This document shows positions 1 to 11,295 of a DNA stretch of 64,000 nt, piece by piece. How positions within the stretch are numbered: the first letter of the stretch is position 1; each line of letters opens with the position of its first letter. This stretch comes from Chrysemys picta bellii (taxonomy: Eukaryota): positions 1,426,001-1,490,000 of the forward strand of contig NC_088802.1 of NCBI RefSeq assembly GCF_011386835.1, given 5' to 3'. The notes beneath the pieces were generated by a model. It was not told the DNA's origin. It made no database searches and saw only the letters and a list, made by a program, of their open reading frames with translations. The position numbers and the translations under genes are program-made.

Positions 1-1362
1 GCCACTCGGTCCCTAGTCTGTAACAGTGAATGGGATTCTTCCGTCCTAAGTGCAGGACTCTACACTTGCCCTTGTTGAACCTCATCAGATTTCATTTGGC
101 CCAATCCTCCAATTTGTCTAGGTCCCTCTGTATCCTATCCCTACCCTCTAGCGTATCTACCACTCCTCCCAGTTTAGTGTCATCTGCAAACTTGCTGAGA
201 GTGCAGTCCACACCATCCTCCAGATCATTAATGAAGATACTGAACAAAACCGGCCCCAGGACCGACCCTTGGGGCACTCCGCTTGATACGGGCTGCCAAC
301 TAGACATGGAGCAGTTGATCACTACCCATTTATCCCGACGATCTAACCAGTTTTCTATCCACCTTATAGTCCATTCATCCAGCCCATACCTCTTTAACTT
401 GCCGGCAAGAATACTGTGGGAGACCGTATCAAAAGCTTTGCTAAAGGCAAGGAATAACACATCCACTGCTTTTCCCTCATCCACAGAGCCAGTTATCTCA
501 TCAGAGAAGGCAATTAGGTTAGTCAGGCACGACTTCCCCTTGGTGAATCCATGCTGACTGTTCCTGATCACTTTCCTCTCCTCTAAGTGCCTCAGAATTG
601 ATTCCTTCTGGACCTGCTCCATGACTTTTCCAGGGACTGAGGTGAGGCTGACTGGCCTGTAGTTCCCCGGATCCTCCTTCTTCCCTTTTTTCAAGATGGG
701 CACTACATTAGCCTTTTTCCAGTCATCTGGGACCTCCCCCGATCGCCATGAGTTTTCAAAGATAATGGCTAATGGCTCTGCAATCTCATCCGCCAACTCC
801 TTTAGCACCCTCGGATGCAGCGCATCCGGCCCCATGGACTTGTGCTCGTCCAGGTTTTCTAAATAGTCCCGAACCACTTCTTTCTCCACAGAGGGCTGGT
901 CACCTCCTCCCCATGCTGTGCTGCCCAGTGCAGCAGTGTGGGAGCTGACCTTGTTCGTGAAGACAGAGGCAAAAAAATCATTGAGTACATTAGCTTTTTC
1001 CACATCCTCAGTCACTAGGTTGCCTCCCTCATTCAGTAAGGGGCCCACACTTTCCTTGACTTTCTTCTTGTTGCTAACATACTTGAAGAAACCCTTCTTG
1101 TTACTCTTAACATCTCTTGCTAGCTGCAACTCCAAGCGTACTTTGGCCTTCCTGATTTCACTCCTGCACGCCTGAGCAATATTTTTATACTCCTCCCTGG
1201 TCATTTGTCCAATCTTCCACTTCTTGTAAGCTTCTTTTTTGCGTTTAAGATCAGCAAGGATTTCACTGTGAAGCCAAGCTGGTCACCTGCCATATTTACT
1301 GTTCTTTCTACACATCGGGATGGTTTGTTCCTGCAACCTCAATAAGGATTCTTTAAAATACA
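1..1362 (-). mobile_element. CR1 LINE fragment (ORF2 reverse transcriptase region), 5'-truncated, continues off the window
   Basis: ORF 92-1204 encodes CR1 RT motifs ([36 protein letters not shown]). It ends at a premature stop (WAK*) shared with the mirror copy at 40657-42710. Confidence 0.95.
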
Positions 1363-1989
1363 TTTAAAATAATGCCGGGAATGTCACCCCGCAGCCGATC
1401 AGTCCGTCGGAGCGCGTCCCTTTACAGCGCACTATGCACTCACGGGCGGGATGTTCACAAGCGTCTCTCGCACGCTGGATCTGCACACGCCATGCGTCTC
1501 TGCTACGGAGGCCCAGTGCAGCTCTAAATGCACTGTAAATTCCCATGCACGCAGCGCGTAAGAGGGAGCCGGTGCCATCGACACAGGCTGTGCCCAGCGG
1601 CCTGGAACCCCCCTGAACTCTGGGGCACCCCAGGGACCCTTCTCCAGCCCCATCGCTCTCTCCCCACTAGGACCCTCCACGAGCCATGGCCCCAGTGATG
1701 TCCCTGTGCCCGATGCCGTGCCCTGGCCTGCGCCCGCTGGCAGGGCAGGGCAGGCAGACGGCGGGGGTTCCCGGGGCCGGACGTGCAGTCAGTGCCCCCC
1801 TCACAGCACCCCCAGAGTTCCCAGACACGGAGGCTGCCCTGGAATCTGGCTCTGTTCGGGTCAGCGCTCATGTCCTGCTCACCCTTCGCTCGGACCCCCG
1901 GAGCACCACGGTGTGTGTGTGTGTGGGGAAACTACGCCTGGCTTTAACACTCGCTGTCAACCGGAGCTGAGAGCCTGTATGTCCCCCCG

Positions 1990-2920
1990 TCCCACCACAA
2001 CCTCCTGCTGTGTACAACACACCCACGGGGCGTGCAACACACGGTCAGAATACAGACACACCCCACACCTGTACCTAACACACAGAGCATGGATCACACC
2101 CACAGGGTGTGCAACACACAGTCAGAGTACAGACACATCGCACTCCTGTACCTAACACACACAGCGTGGATCACACCACGGGGCGTGTAACACACAGTCA
2201 GGATACAGACACACCGCACTCCTGTACCTAACACACACAGCATGGATCACACTCACGGGGCGTGTAACACACTGTCGGAGTACAGACACACCTCACACCT
2301 CTACCTAACACACAGAGTGTGGCTCACACCCCGCCAGGCGCACACCTGCAGGGTATGTAACACATTGTCTATACACATGGTATATATAATATGTTGACAC
2401 TCTCTCACACGCATGTCACACACACACACAAATATACAGAGTATGTCATATTGTGTCTGTACACACACCGGGTAGGTAATATACTGGTGCTAAACGTACC
2501 CCTTCCCCCCCACACACACACACACGGTATAAATGTATACACAAACACGCAGGGTATATAATATTGTCTACATACTCACACACAGGTTTTGCATATAACA
2601 CACTATCTATACAGCTGTCTGCACGGCATGCAATATACACCCTGTGTGCGTATCTAGGGTCAGCACAACACACTGCCATAAACACGCCCAGAGGATATAC
2701 AATATACTGTCTCTACACACGCAGGGTAGGCATAGAATATCCTGTCTATACACACATACACACACTGTAACATACCACTGTGTGTGAGTGTAACAGAAGC
2801 ACACACACTGAACAGCCATACGCTCTCAGTACTTGCCCAAACGCAGGGTGTGTATACAACAGACAGAGACCGTACACAACCCCCCCCCACACACACACAC
2901 ACAACCACGCCCTATACACA
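1990..2920. repeat. ~60-nt AC-rich minisatellite followed by (AC)/(TA)-rich low-complexity sequence (mirror ~39100-40030)
   Basis: Repeated ACACACAGCATGGATCACACC...TACAGACAC...TGTACCTA units. Confidence 0.85.
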
Positions 2921-2952
2921 CCTCTCGCCCAGGCACACCAAGTTGTTTGGCT

Positions 2953-3066
2953 GGGAATTTCCTACGGTTTTTCTAACCCCAGCGGGGTGACATCAAGGGC
3001 GCGGCCCGGCTGGAAACACCCGCTCAGAGCGGAGAACAAGCGAGCAGAGAGGGATGGGGAATTTCC
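2953..3066 (+). promoter_or_regulatory. Pair of consensus NF-kB sites with a TGACATCA between them
   Basis: GGGAATTTCC at 2953-2962 and 3057-3066; motif match only. Confidence 0.4.
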
Positions 3067-4422
3067 TCGCCTGGGGCTGGAAGAAAACCTGACGCTGGCG
3101 GAGAAGGTGACCAGGCGGGGATGGAGATGGGGGTAAGTGAGGGGAGCTCCGGGGAATGGCGCGAGCAGCTCGCACCGGAAAAGTCTGGCTGGCCACATGG
3201 TCCAAATACACAGGACTCCAAATTCCTGAGATGGGGGCTGCCGGCCATGCGGGCGTCTCATCCGCGCGTGGGCCTCTGTCGGGCGCACTGCCAAGCCGCG
3301 CCCACGGCCCGCACGGCCAGAAACTTTGGGACGGGAAAGCGAGAGGTGCCTCCCGCAAGCCCATGACTCCCGGAGCTGGGGGTTCAAGGGAGTTGAGCCC
3401 GCTGCCCCCCGCTAGTCCAGAGACAGGGAGGCCGGGCAGCCCACGCTGTGAGCACGGGATGGGAACCGCACGGGACCACGCGGGGGCCGGAGAGAAACAA
3501 AGCAAAGCAGCCCCCCCGGGCCGGGCAGCGCCATCGTGCCAGTCCCTGGCAGTGCCTCCGTGAGACGGGCAATGCCCCAGCCGGGCCTTGGGGGCACGTC
3601 GCTGCCCGGCACACAGCCCCCGCTCGGGGATAAATACCCCCTCCCCCCCCGGCGCGCTGGGGAGACACACACCCAGCCTGTCTGGTACAACACGGTGTGT
3701 CCATCGCACAGACTGTACCACAACCCGCCGGGCCCACGGGGCAGTGCAGCTGTCACACACACACACACACACACACAGTGTGCCCAGCCCGGACACAGCC
3801 CCTATCCCGCACCCGGGGCAATGAGCTCGGAGCCCTCAGCCCCCCAGGACACCGGGGGGGGGGGGAGGGCTGGGCTCTGTGCCACAGGCCCCCAATCGCG
3901 GAGTGGGGGAGGGGGCAGGAGCTGACTCAGGAAGGGGAAGAGATAAAAGGAGGCAGGCGGGGGGGGGGGAGCGAGGGGGGATGGGGTGACAGACAGTGAC
4001 CCCCCCTCACAGTCCCAGCCCCTCCGCCCCCAGGGACATGTCCAGCTGGGGGGACCCCCGAACTCCACCCCCCACAACCCCCCTCCCACAGCCCGCCCGG
4101 CCTCGGCCCCCCAACCCCCCCTCTGCCCCCCAATCCTCCCCCCCCAGCCCCACCTCCCGGCCTCTGCCCCCCAATTCCCCCCGCCCGGCCTCTGCCCCCC
4201 AATTCCCCCTGCCCGGCCTCTGCCCCCCAATCCTCCCCCCACAGCCCCACCTCCCGGCCTCTGCCCCCCAATTCCCCCTGCCCGGCCTCTGCCCCCCAAT
4301 CCTCCCCCCCACAGCCCCACCTCCCGGCCTCTGCCCCCCAACCCCACAATCCTCGCTCCCCCGCCCTCCAACCCCCAGCCCCACAATCCCCCCAACTCCC
4401 CCGCCCGGGCTCCCCCCGGCAC

Positions 4423-4650
4423 CTGGGGCTGGTGGGGTCGGGCGGCGCCGCGCCCCGCGCCGGGCTCTACCCCCCGCGCCCCCGGGATCGGGGTCGGGAT
4501 CGGGGCCGGGCCATGGCGCCTGGTGCTGATGCTGCGGGCGAGGGAGATGCTCCGGCTCCGGCTGCTGCGGCGCCTCCCCCCGCGCCTGGGGGGCCCGGCA
4601 GGAAGTGGGGGGGCGGGTGACGGGCTGCGCCGGCAGCCAATCAGCCCCGC
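4423..4650 (-). promoter_or_regulatory. AGPAT1: CpG-rich promoter and probable non-coding first exon of AGPAT1 (left copy; its coding exons would lie off the window)
   Basis: CCAAT, GC box and ACTTCCTG upstream of a CAG|GTGCC donor at 4423. Head-to-head position relative to RNF5, as in mammals. Gene assignment is inference. Confidence 0.5.
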
Positions 4651-5555
4651 GCCTGACCTGCTCCGCCCCGCCCCCCTTGTGCCCCCCGCCCCTCCTCCGC
4701 CCCCAACCCCCCTTGTATCTCCCATCCCATCCCCCCTCCCCTTCTGTCCCCCTCCCCCCTTGTGCCCCCCGCCCCTCCCCTCCTTCCTCCAGCCCCCCCT
4801 TGTATCTCCCATCCCATCCCCCCTCTCCTTCTATCCCCCTCCCCCTCCTCCGCCCCCAGCCCCCCTTCTATCCCCATCCCCTCTCCCGCCCCCCTTATGT
4901 CCCCCCTCCATCTCCCTACCCTCTATCCCAGTCCTCTCTTCTAGCCCCCGCCCCTCTATCCCTCCCTGCTCTCCCTCCTCCATCCCCTCCCTCCTATCCC
5001 CCAGCCAGCCAGCCCCCTCCCCTCTTCTATCCTCCCACCCCGTCCCTCCAGCCCCCGGTCCTTCCCCGCTCTGTCCCTCCTCCGGCCCTCTTCCCCATCC
5101 CCATCCCTCCATCTACCCCCCACCCTCTCTCCCGCATCCCTCCTCTACCCCCCTGTCCCGATCTGTCCCTCCTCCGGCCCCCATCCCCACCCTCTCTCCC
5201 CCATCCCTCCTCTACCCCCCTGTCCCGATCTGTCCCTCCTCCGGCCCCCATCCCCATCCCTCCATCTACCCCCCACCCTCTCTCCCGCATCCCTCCTCTA
5301 TCCCCCTGTCCCGATCTGTCCCTCCTCTGGCCCCCATCCCCATCCTCTCTCCCCCATCCCTCCTCTACCCCCCTCTCCCAATCTGTCCCTCCTCCGGCCC
5401 CCATCCCCATCCCCTCTCCCCCATCCCTCCTCTACCCCCCTCTCCCAATCTGTCCCTCCTCCGGCCCCCATCCCCATCCCCTCTCCCCCATCCCTCCTCT
5501 ACCCCCCTCTCCCAATCTGTCCATCCCTCCCCCCGCCCCCCCCCCCCGCTGCCCG
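4640..5555. repeat. C-rich tandem repeats (mirror ~36290-37330)
   Basis: Repeated CCCATCCCTCCTCTACCCCC...TCTGTCCCTCCTCCGG units. Confidence 0.85.
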
Positions 5556-5959
5556 GCCCACTCTGGCGCGGCTTCTGGCCATCAGGACCTAGGGCCGGCC
5601 AGACTGGGCCAGGACAGCGGGCCACCCACCTTGCGTCCCGTCTCTGGCAGCACCGGCACCAGACGCCTCCGAGGGGATGAACAGAGCAGGGCTCCCCGTC
5701 CCATCAGCCAGTCCAGCGCCGGGCACTCAGGGCATTGGGGGCACCCGGGGCTGCGTCTCCGCCTATCTCAGATCCGTCTCCAGCCCTTCGCCTGGCCTCC
5801 TGCGGGCACCGCGGCTTTCGCTGGCCGTGGTGCTTCCCCTCGCCCTTGGTCCGCTGCTTCCCTTCCCTCCTCCATCCGCCTTCGTGTCCTGCTCTTCCAG
5901 CCCTTCCTCCTCTCTGTCCTCCTGCCTTCCCCCTTCCTTCTTCCCTCCCTTCTCTGTTT

Positions 5960-6353
5960 GCCAGCAGCTGGGAATGGGTGATGGGATGGATCACTCGATG
6001 ATTCCCTGTTCTGTTCATTCCCTCTGGGGCACGCGGCATTGGCCACTGTGAGAGACAGGACCAGGGCCGGCTCCAGGCACCAGCTTACCAAGCAGGTGCT
6101 TGGGGCGGCCACTTCGGAGAGGGGCGGCACGTCCAGCTGTTCGGCGGCAATTCGGCGGTCGGTCCCTCACCCCTGCTCGGAGCGAAGGACCTCCCGCCCA
6201 ATTGCCGCCGCAGATCGCGATCGCGGCTTTCTTTTGGTTGGTTGGGTTTTTTTGTTTGACTGCTTGGGGCGGCCAAAACCCTGGAGCCAGCCCCGGACAG
6301 GACACTGGGCTAGATGGACCTTTGCTCTGACCCAGTATGGCCGTTCTTATGTT
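5960..6353 (+). mobile_element. CR1-type 3' UTR fragment interrupted by a MITE (mirror ~35478-35880)
   Basis: Ends in ...CCCAGTATGGCCGTTCTTATGTTCT, a CR1-like tail recognised from memory of turtle repeats. Confidence 0.6.
6062..6295. mobile_element. Non-autonomous hAT-type DNA transposon (MITE)
   Basis: Imperfect TIRs CAGGGCCGGCTCCAGG / CCTGGAGCCAGCCCCG; perfect 8-bp target-site duplication GACAGGAC at 6054-6061 and 6296-6303. Confidence 0.85.
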
Positions 6354-6414
6354 CTCTCTTCCATGTGTCCACGTGTTCCTTCCTTTGCCTTCTCTATTCG
6401 CTCGGGCTGGCTCC

Positions 6415-7075
6415 CACCTCCGCCCGGTCTCTGTCCTTCGGGTCCAGTCTGTATCCTCGCCTGGCCTCTCTCCTCCACCCCGTCTCTCTCCTTTGGGTCC
6501 AGTCTGTATCCTCGCCCAGCCTCTCTCCTCCACCCCGTCTCTGTCCTCCGCCCGGTCTCTGTCCTTCGGGTCCAGTCTGTATCCTCGCCCGGCCTCTCTC
6601 CTCCACCCCGTCTCTCTCCTCCGCCCGGTCTCTGTCCTTCCTGTCCAGTCTGTATCCTCGCCTGGCCTCTCTCCTCCGCCCGGTCTCTGTCCTTCGGGTC
6701 CAGTCTGTATCCTCGCCCGGCCTCTCTCCTCCTCCCGGCCTCTGTCCTTCCTGTCCAGGTTGTATTCTCCACCCCGTCTCTCTCCTCCGCCCGGTCTCTG
6801 TCCTTCCTGTCCAGGCTGTATCCTCGCCTGGCCTCTCTCCTCCGCCCGGTCTCTGTCCTTTGGGTCCAGTCCGTATCCTCGCCCGGCCTCTCTCCTCCAC
6901 CCCGTCTCTGTCCTCCGCCCGGTCTCTGTCCTTCGGGTACAGTCCGTATCCTCGCCCGGCCTCTCTCCTCCCCCGGCCTCTGTCCTTCCTGTCCAGGTTG
7001 TATTCTCCACCCCATCTCTCTCCTCCACCTCATCTCTCTCCTCCGCCCGGCCTCTGTCCTTCGTTCCTTCTCTCT
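6415..7075. repeat. VNTR of CCCGGTCTCTGTCCTTC...TATCCTCGCC...CTCTCTCCTCC units (mirror ~34670-35410, different length)
   Basis: Direct tandem units visible; the long ORFs here are repeat artefacts. Confidence 0.9.
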
Positions 7076-7245
7076 CCTCTGTCACCTCTGTCTCTTTCGT
7101 TCTCTCCCCCTGGCCGGCCGGGGGCCCCAGGCAGACGGAGGGGGCTGAGGTTGCTGGAGGATCGGGGGGCCGGGGTTTACTCCGACGGGCTGGGGCGCAA
7201 TGGGCGGAGTGGCCGGTTACTATAATGGTGTTGGCCTGGTTGCTG

Positions 7246-7576
7246 GTAACCATGGCAATAGGGTTGGGTTGATGGGCATGGGGCTGGCAGTTGTCACGGT
7301 AACGTGACAGGGTTAGCGACGACTGAGGTGACATGGTGAGGTTGGCGGTTGCCATGGCAGGGTGGGTGGTTGCTATGGTGACATGGAGGGGATGACCGGT
7401 TGCCATGTTGGAATTGGTGGTTGCCATAGTGACATGGCCAGGTCCAGGGTTGCCACAATGACATGGCGGGGAGGGTGTGGTTGCCATGGTTGCACAGCGG
7501 CCATTTTACCCAGGCCACTCTGGCCATTGAGGGGCTCAGGCTTCGCCCTGGGCACTAGGCCCCAAACCGGAAGTGT
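7246..7576. promoter_or_regulatory. Cluster of RFX X-box-like motifs plus YY1 and ETS sites (mirror 34241-34488)
   Basis: GTAACCATGGCAAT 7246, GTTGCCATGGCA 7348, GTTGCTATGGTGAC 7369, GTTGCCATG 7399, GTTGCCATAGTGAC 7420, GTTGCCACAATGAC 7449, GTTGCCATGGTTGC 7479; CGGCCATTTT ~7498; ACCGGAAGTG ~7567. Confidence 0.55.
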
Positions 7577-7639
7577 CTCCCACTCAATCAGGGCCTCCCA
7601 CACCAGGCACCCCTCCCGCTCTGCCACCAAAACCCTCCT

Positions 7640-8214
7640 CCAATCACTTCTGGGTCCCTGAGCCAATTGGACGGTGATTGGATCAACGGGATGTCGATCA
7701 ATCTCTGTCTCGCCACATTACCCTGCCGCAGCCAATTAGTCTGCTGGATTTTAGAGTGACAGAAGCAGTGACCAATAAAAATCCGTCTGGTCGCAGAGAA
7801 AACCCGCCCCCAGGTCGCTGATGGGCATCGGATCGGTGCTGTCAATCAAGATTTTCTCCCCGCCAAGAGCCAATACCCGCCTCTTTCCCCATCAGCCAAT
7901 AAAATAAAGCTGAGGCTTGATAGACGGGGTAGAAGCCAATAGGAATAGCCTGTGTCGCCGCCACTAGGAAGAGGTTTCTAAACAGCATTACCCAATAGGA
8001 GATGGGCAGATTTTGATTGACAGCCAGAAGAGCCAATAGAAATGTTAGATGCGTAAGGCAGGTTTTACTGAGCATCAGCCAATGGACTCCCTCGCTAAAT
8101 GTGATTGACAGCGGTGGTGTCCATTGAGCGAGCGGGAGCGTTGATTGGCCGTCGGGGTGGCCAATGGGATTATCTAGGGAAGGAGGAGGCGTTCCCGTCC
8201 AGGGGGGGCGGAAG
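7640..8214 (+). promoter_or_regulatory. RNF5: RNF5 promoter rich in CCAAT boxes and TALE (PBX-PREP/MEIS) decamers (mirror ~33525-34100)
   Basis: About 14 CCAAT/ATTGG in 525 bp; TGATTGACAG at 7839 (minus), 8014 and 8102; GGAAGATGGCGG over the start codon. Confidence 0.75.
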
Positions 8215-11200
8215 ATGGCGGCAGGAACGGGCCCGGGGGTCCCGGACGGGGGCCCCGAGGTGCCAAACCGCGACCGCGGCGCCTTCGAATGTAACATCTG
8301 CCTGGAGCCGGCCCGGGAGGCGGTGATCGGGCTCTGCGGGCACCTGTACTGGTGAGGGGGCGGGGTGTACGCGAGGGGGCGGGGTGTGTCAGGGGTGGGG
8401 ACGGATGTGTCGGGTGGGGGCGGGGCGGGGCGAAGGGGGCGTGTCGGGGCGGGGGGGGTGAAGGGGGGTTGGGGATGGATGTGTTGGGGGCGGGGCAGGG
8501 TGAAGGGGGAGGGGCGTATGGGGTGGGGCAGGGTGAAGGGGGAGGGGCGTATGGGGTGGGGGAGGGGCGGGGTGAAGGGGGGCATGTCGGGGGGGTTGGG
8601 GATGGATCTGTTGTGGGGCGGGGCAGGGTGAAGGGGGAGGGGCTCGTGGGGGTGGGGCAGGGTGAAGTGGGGCGTCTCGGGGGCGGGAGGTGAAGGGGGT
8701 TTTGGGGATGGATGTGTTGGGGGGCGGGGAGTGAAGGGGGGGTTGGGGATGGATGTGGGGCGGGGCAGGGTGAAGGGGGCAGGGAAGTGAAGGGGGGTTG
8801 GGGATGGATGTGGGGGGTGGGGCAGGGTGAAGGGGGGCGTGTTGGGGCGTCTCGGGGGCGGGAGGTGAAGGGGGTTTTGGGGATGGATGTGTTGGGGGGG
8901 CAGGGCAGGGTGAAGGGGGGTTGGGGATGGATGTGTTGGGGGGGCAGGGTGAAGGGGGGCGTGTTGGGGCGGGGAGTGAAGGGGGGGTTGGGGATGGATG
9001 TGGGGCGGGGCAGGCTGGTGGGGGGCAGGGAAGTGAAGGGGGGTTGGGGATGGATGTGCGGGGTGGGGCAGGCTGGTGGGGGGCAGGGAAGTGAAGGGGG
9101 TTGGGGATGGATGTGGGGGGCGGGGCAGGGTGAAGGGGGCAGGGAAGTGAAGGGGGGTTGGGGATGGATGTGGGGGGCAGGGCAGGCTGGTGGGGGCAGG
9201 GAAGTGAAGGGGGGTTGGGGATGGATGTGTGGGGCGGGGCAGGGTGAAGGGGGAGGGGCGTGTGGGGGTGGGGCAGGGTGAACGGGGGCGTGCTGGGGCG
9301 TCTTGGGGGCGGGAGGTGAAGGGGGTTTTGGGGATGGATGTGTTGGGGGGCAGGGCAGGGTGAAGGGGGGTTGGGGATGGATGTGGGGGGGTGGGACAGG
9401 GTGAAGGGGGGGCGTGTTGGGGCGGGGGAGTGAAGGGGGGGTTGGGGATGGATGTGGGGGGCGGGGCAGGGTGAAGGGGGCAGGCGGTGAAGGGGGGGTT
9501 GGGGATGGATGTGGGGCGGGGCAGGGTGAAGGGGGCAGGGAAGTGAAGGGGGGTTGGGGATGGATGTGTTGGGGGTGGGGCAGGCTGGTGGGGGGCAGGG
9601 AAGTGAAGGGGGGTTGGGGATGGATGTGTGGGGCAGGGCAGGGTGAAGGTGGTGCGGGGGCGTGAAGAGGAGGTTGGGAACGGATGTATGGGGGGCAGGA
9701 CCCATGTAATTCCTTCTCTCTCTCCCCCCCAGCTGGCCCTGCCTGCACCAGGTGAGTCCCAAGCGGGGGGTGGAGGTTCCTCCCCTCCCCTCCCATAATG
9801 CTTCAGTGCCCCCTGCCCGTGGCCCCCAACAGCCCCCTGCCCGTGATTTTCAGGCCCCCCTCTGCAGGGTGACTCCCTCGGGTCCCCCATAAGCCTGTGT
9901 CTGCCCCCGAACTCCGTTGGGGGGGGAAGCAGAGGCAGTGGGGGGCTGCTGCTAACCTCCCCTCCCACCCCCACACAGTGGCTGGAGACCCGCCCCGAGC
10001 GCCAGGAGTGCCCGGTCTGCAAAGCCGGCATCAGCCGCGACCAGGTCATCCCACTCTACGGCCGGGGCAGCGCCGGCCAGCAGGACCCCAGGTGCGGGGC
10101 GAGGGGGGGGGTGCGGCAGGACCCCGGGGAGGGGCGAGGGGGGGCAGGACCCCAAGTGCAGGGCGAGGGGGGGGGCAGGACCCCGGGGAGGGGCGAGGGG
10201 GGGCAGGACCCCAAGTGCAGGGCGAGGGGGGGGGGGCGGCAGGACCCCAGGACCTGGGGGGTTGCAGGATGTGGATAGGGGAGGTGGGGCTGAGGGAGGG
10301 GGGCAGGACCCCAAGTGCAGGGCGAGGGGGGGGGGGCCGCAAGACCCCAGGACCTGGGGGGTTGCAGGATGTGGATAGGGGAGGTGGGGCTGAGGGAGGG
10401 TGGCAGAACCCAGATATTGGGGAGGGGGGGAGGGACAGGAGGGGATGGATGAGAAGCATCAGGGGAGATGGGAAGCAGGGAGGGGGGTGTTGTTCTGACC
10501 CATCCCCCACGCTGTCTCTGCCCTCCCCAGATTGAAGACCCCCCCTCGGCCGCGGGGGGCAGCGCCCAGAGCCGGAGAGCCGAGGGGTGAGTGCAAGGCA
10601 ACAGCCTCCCTTCCCCCCCGGTGCTAACGCTCCCTCTCTCCCCAGGGCCGGGCCCCCCCGTGCTAACGCCCCCTCTCTCCACAGGGCCTGCCTCCGCCCT
10701 ACCACGACGCCGGCTTCCACATGGCCTTTGGCATCGGAGCCTTCCCCTTCGGGGTCTTCACCACCGTGCTGCGGGGGCCCGAGGCCAGAGTAGGTACGGA
10801 CCCCCCCGCTGCTACCCCCAGATCCCCCACGGACCCCCCTGCTGCTACCCACAGATCCCCCACAGAGCCCCCTGCTGCTACCCCCAGCCTCCCAGATCTC
10901 CCTGCTGCTACCCACGGAGTCCCCACGGAGCCCCTGCCGCTACCCCCAACCCCCCAGATCTCCCTGCTGCTACCCACAGATCCCCTACCCCCCCACGGCT
11001 CCTCCCCCAGCTCCCCACCACACGCTGCCCATTCCAACTCCTCCTGCTATCCCAACCCCCCACAACTTTCCACTGCTCCCTGTGCTCCCCACCCCCTCCC
11101 ATTCCATTGCACCCCATGCTGGACCCAGCCCACCGCTTGGCATGGGGGGGGCTGGGCTGGATTTCCCCGGCTCCCCCTTCCACTTACCTCTCTCTACCCC

Positions 11201-11295
11201 CAGATGAAGCCGGCGCCCCCCGTCCCTCGGGCTGGCAGGATTCGCTCTTCCTCTTCCTGGCCATCTTCTTCTTCTTCTGGCTCCTCAGCGTCTGA
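8215..11295 (+). CDS. RNF5: RING finger E3 ligase RNF5, 6 exons, ~174 aa; one extra G in exon 4
   Basis: Exons 8215-8351, 9733-9751, 9979-10091, 10531-10586, 10685-10793, 11204-11295, all [35 protein letters not shown]; C-terminal [20 protein letters not shown]. Exon 4 is 56 nt versus 55 nt in the mirror copy. ATTAAA at 11758. Confidence 0.95.
8420..9690. repeat. G-rich minisatellite filling RNF5 intron 1 (mirror ~32150-33330)
   Basis: Units of GGGGTTGGGGATGGATGTG..GGGGCAGGGTGAAGGGG. Confidence 0.9.
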
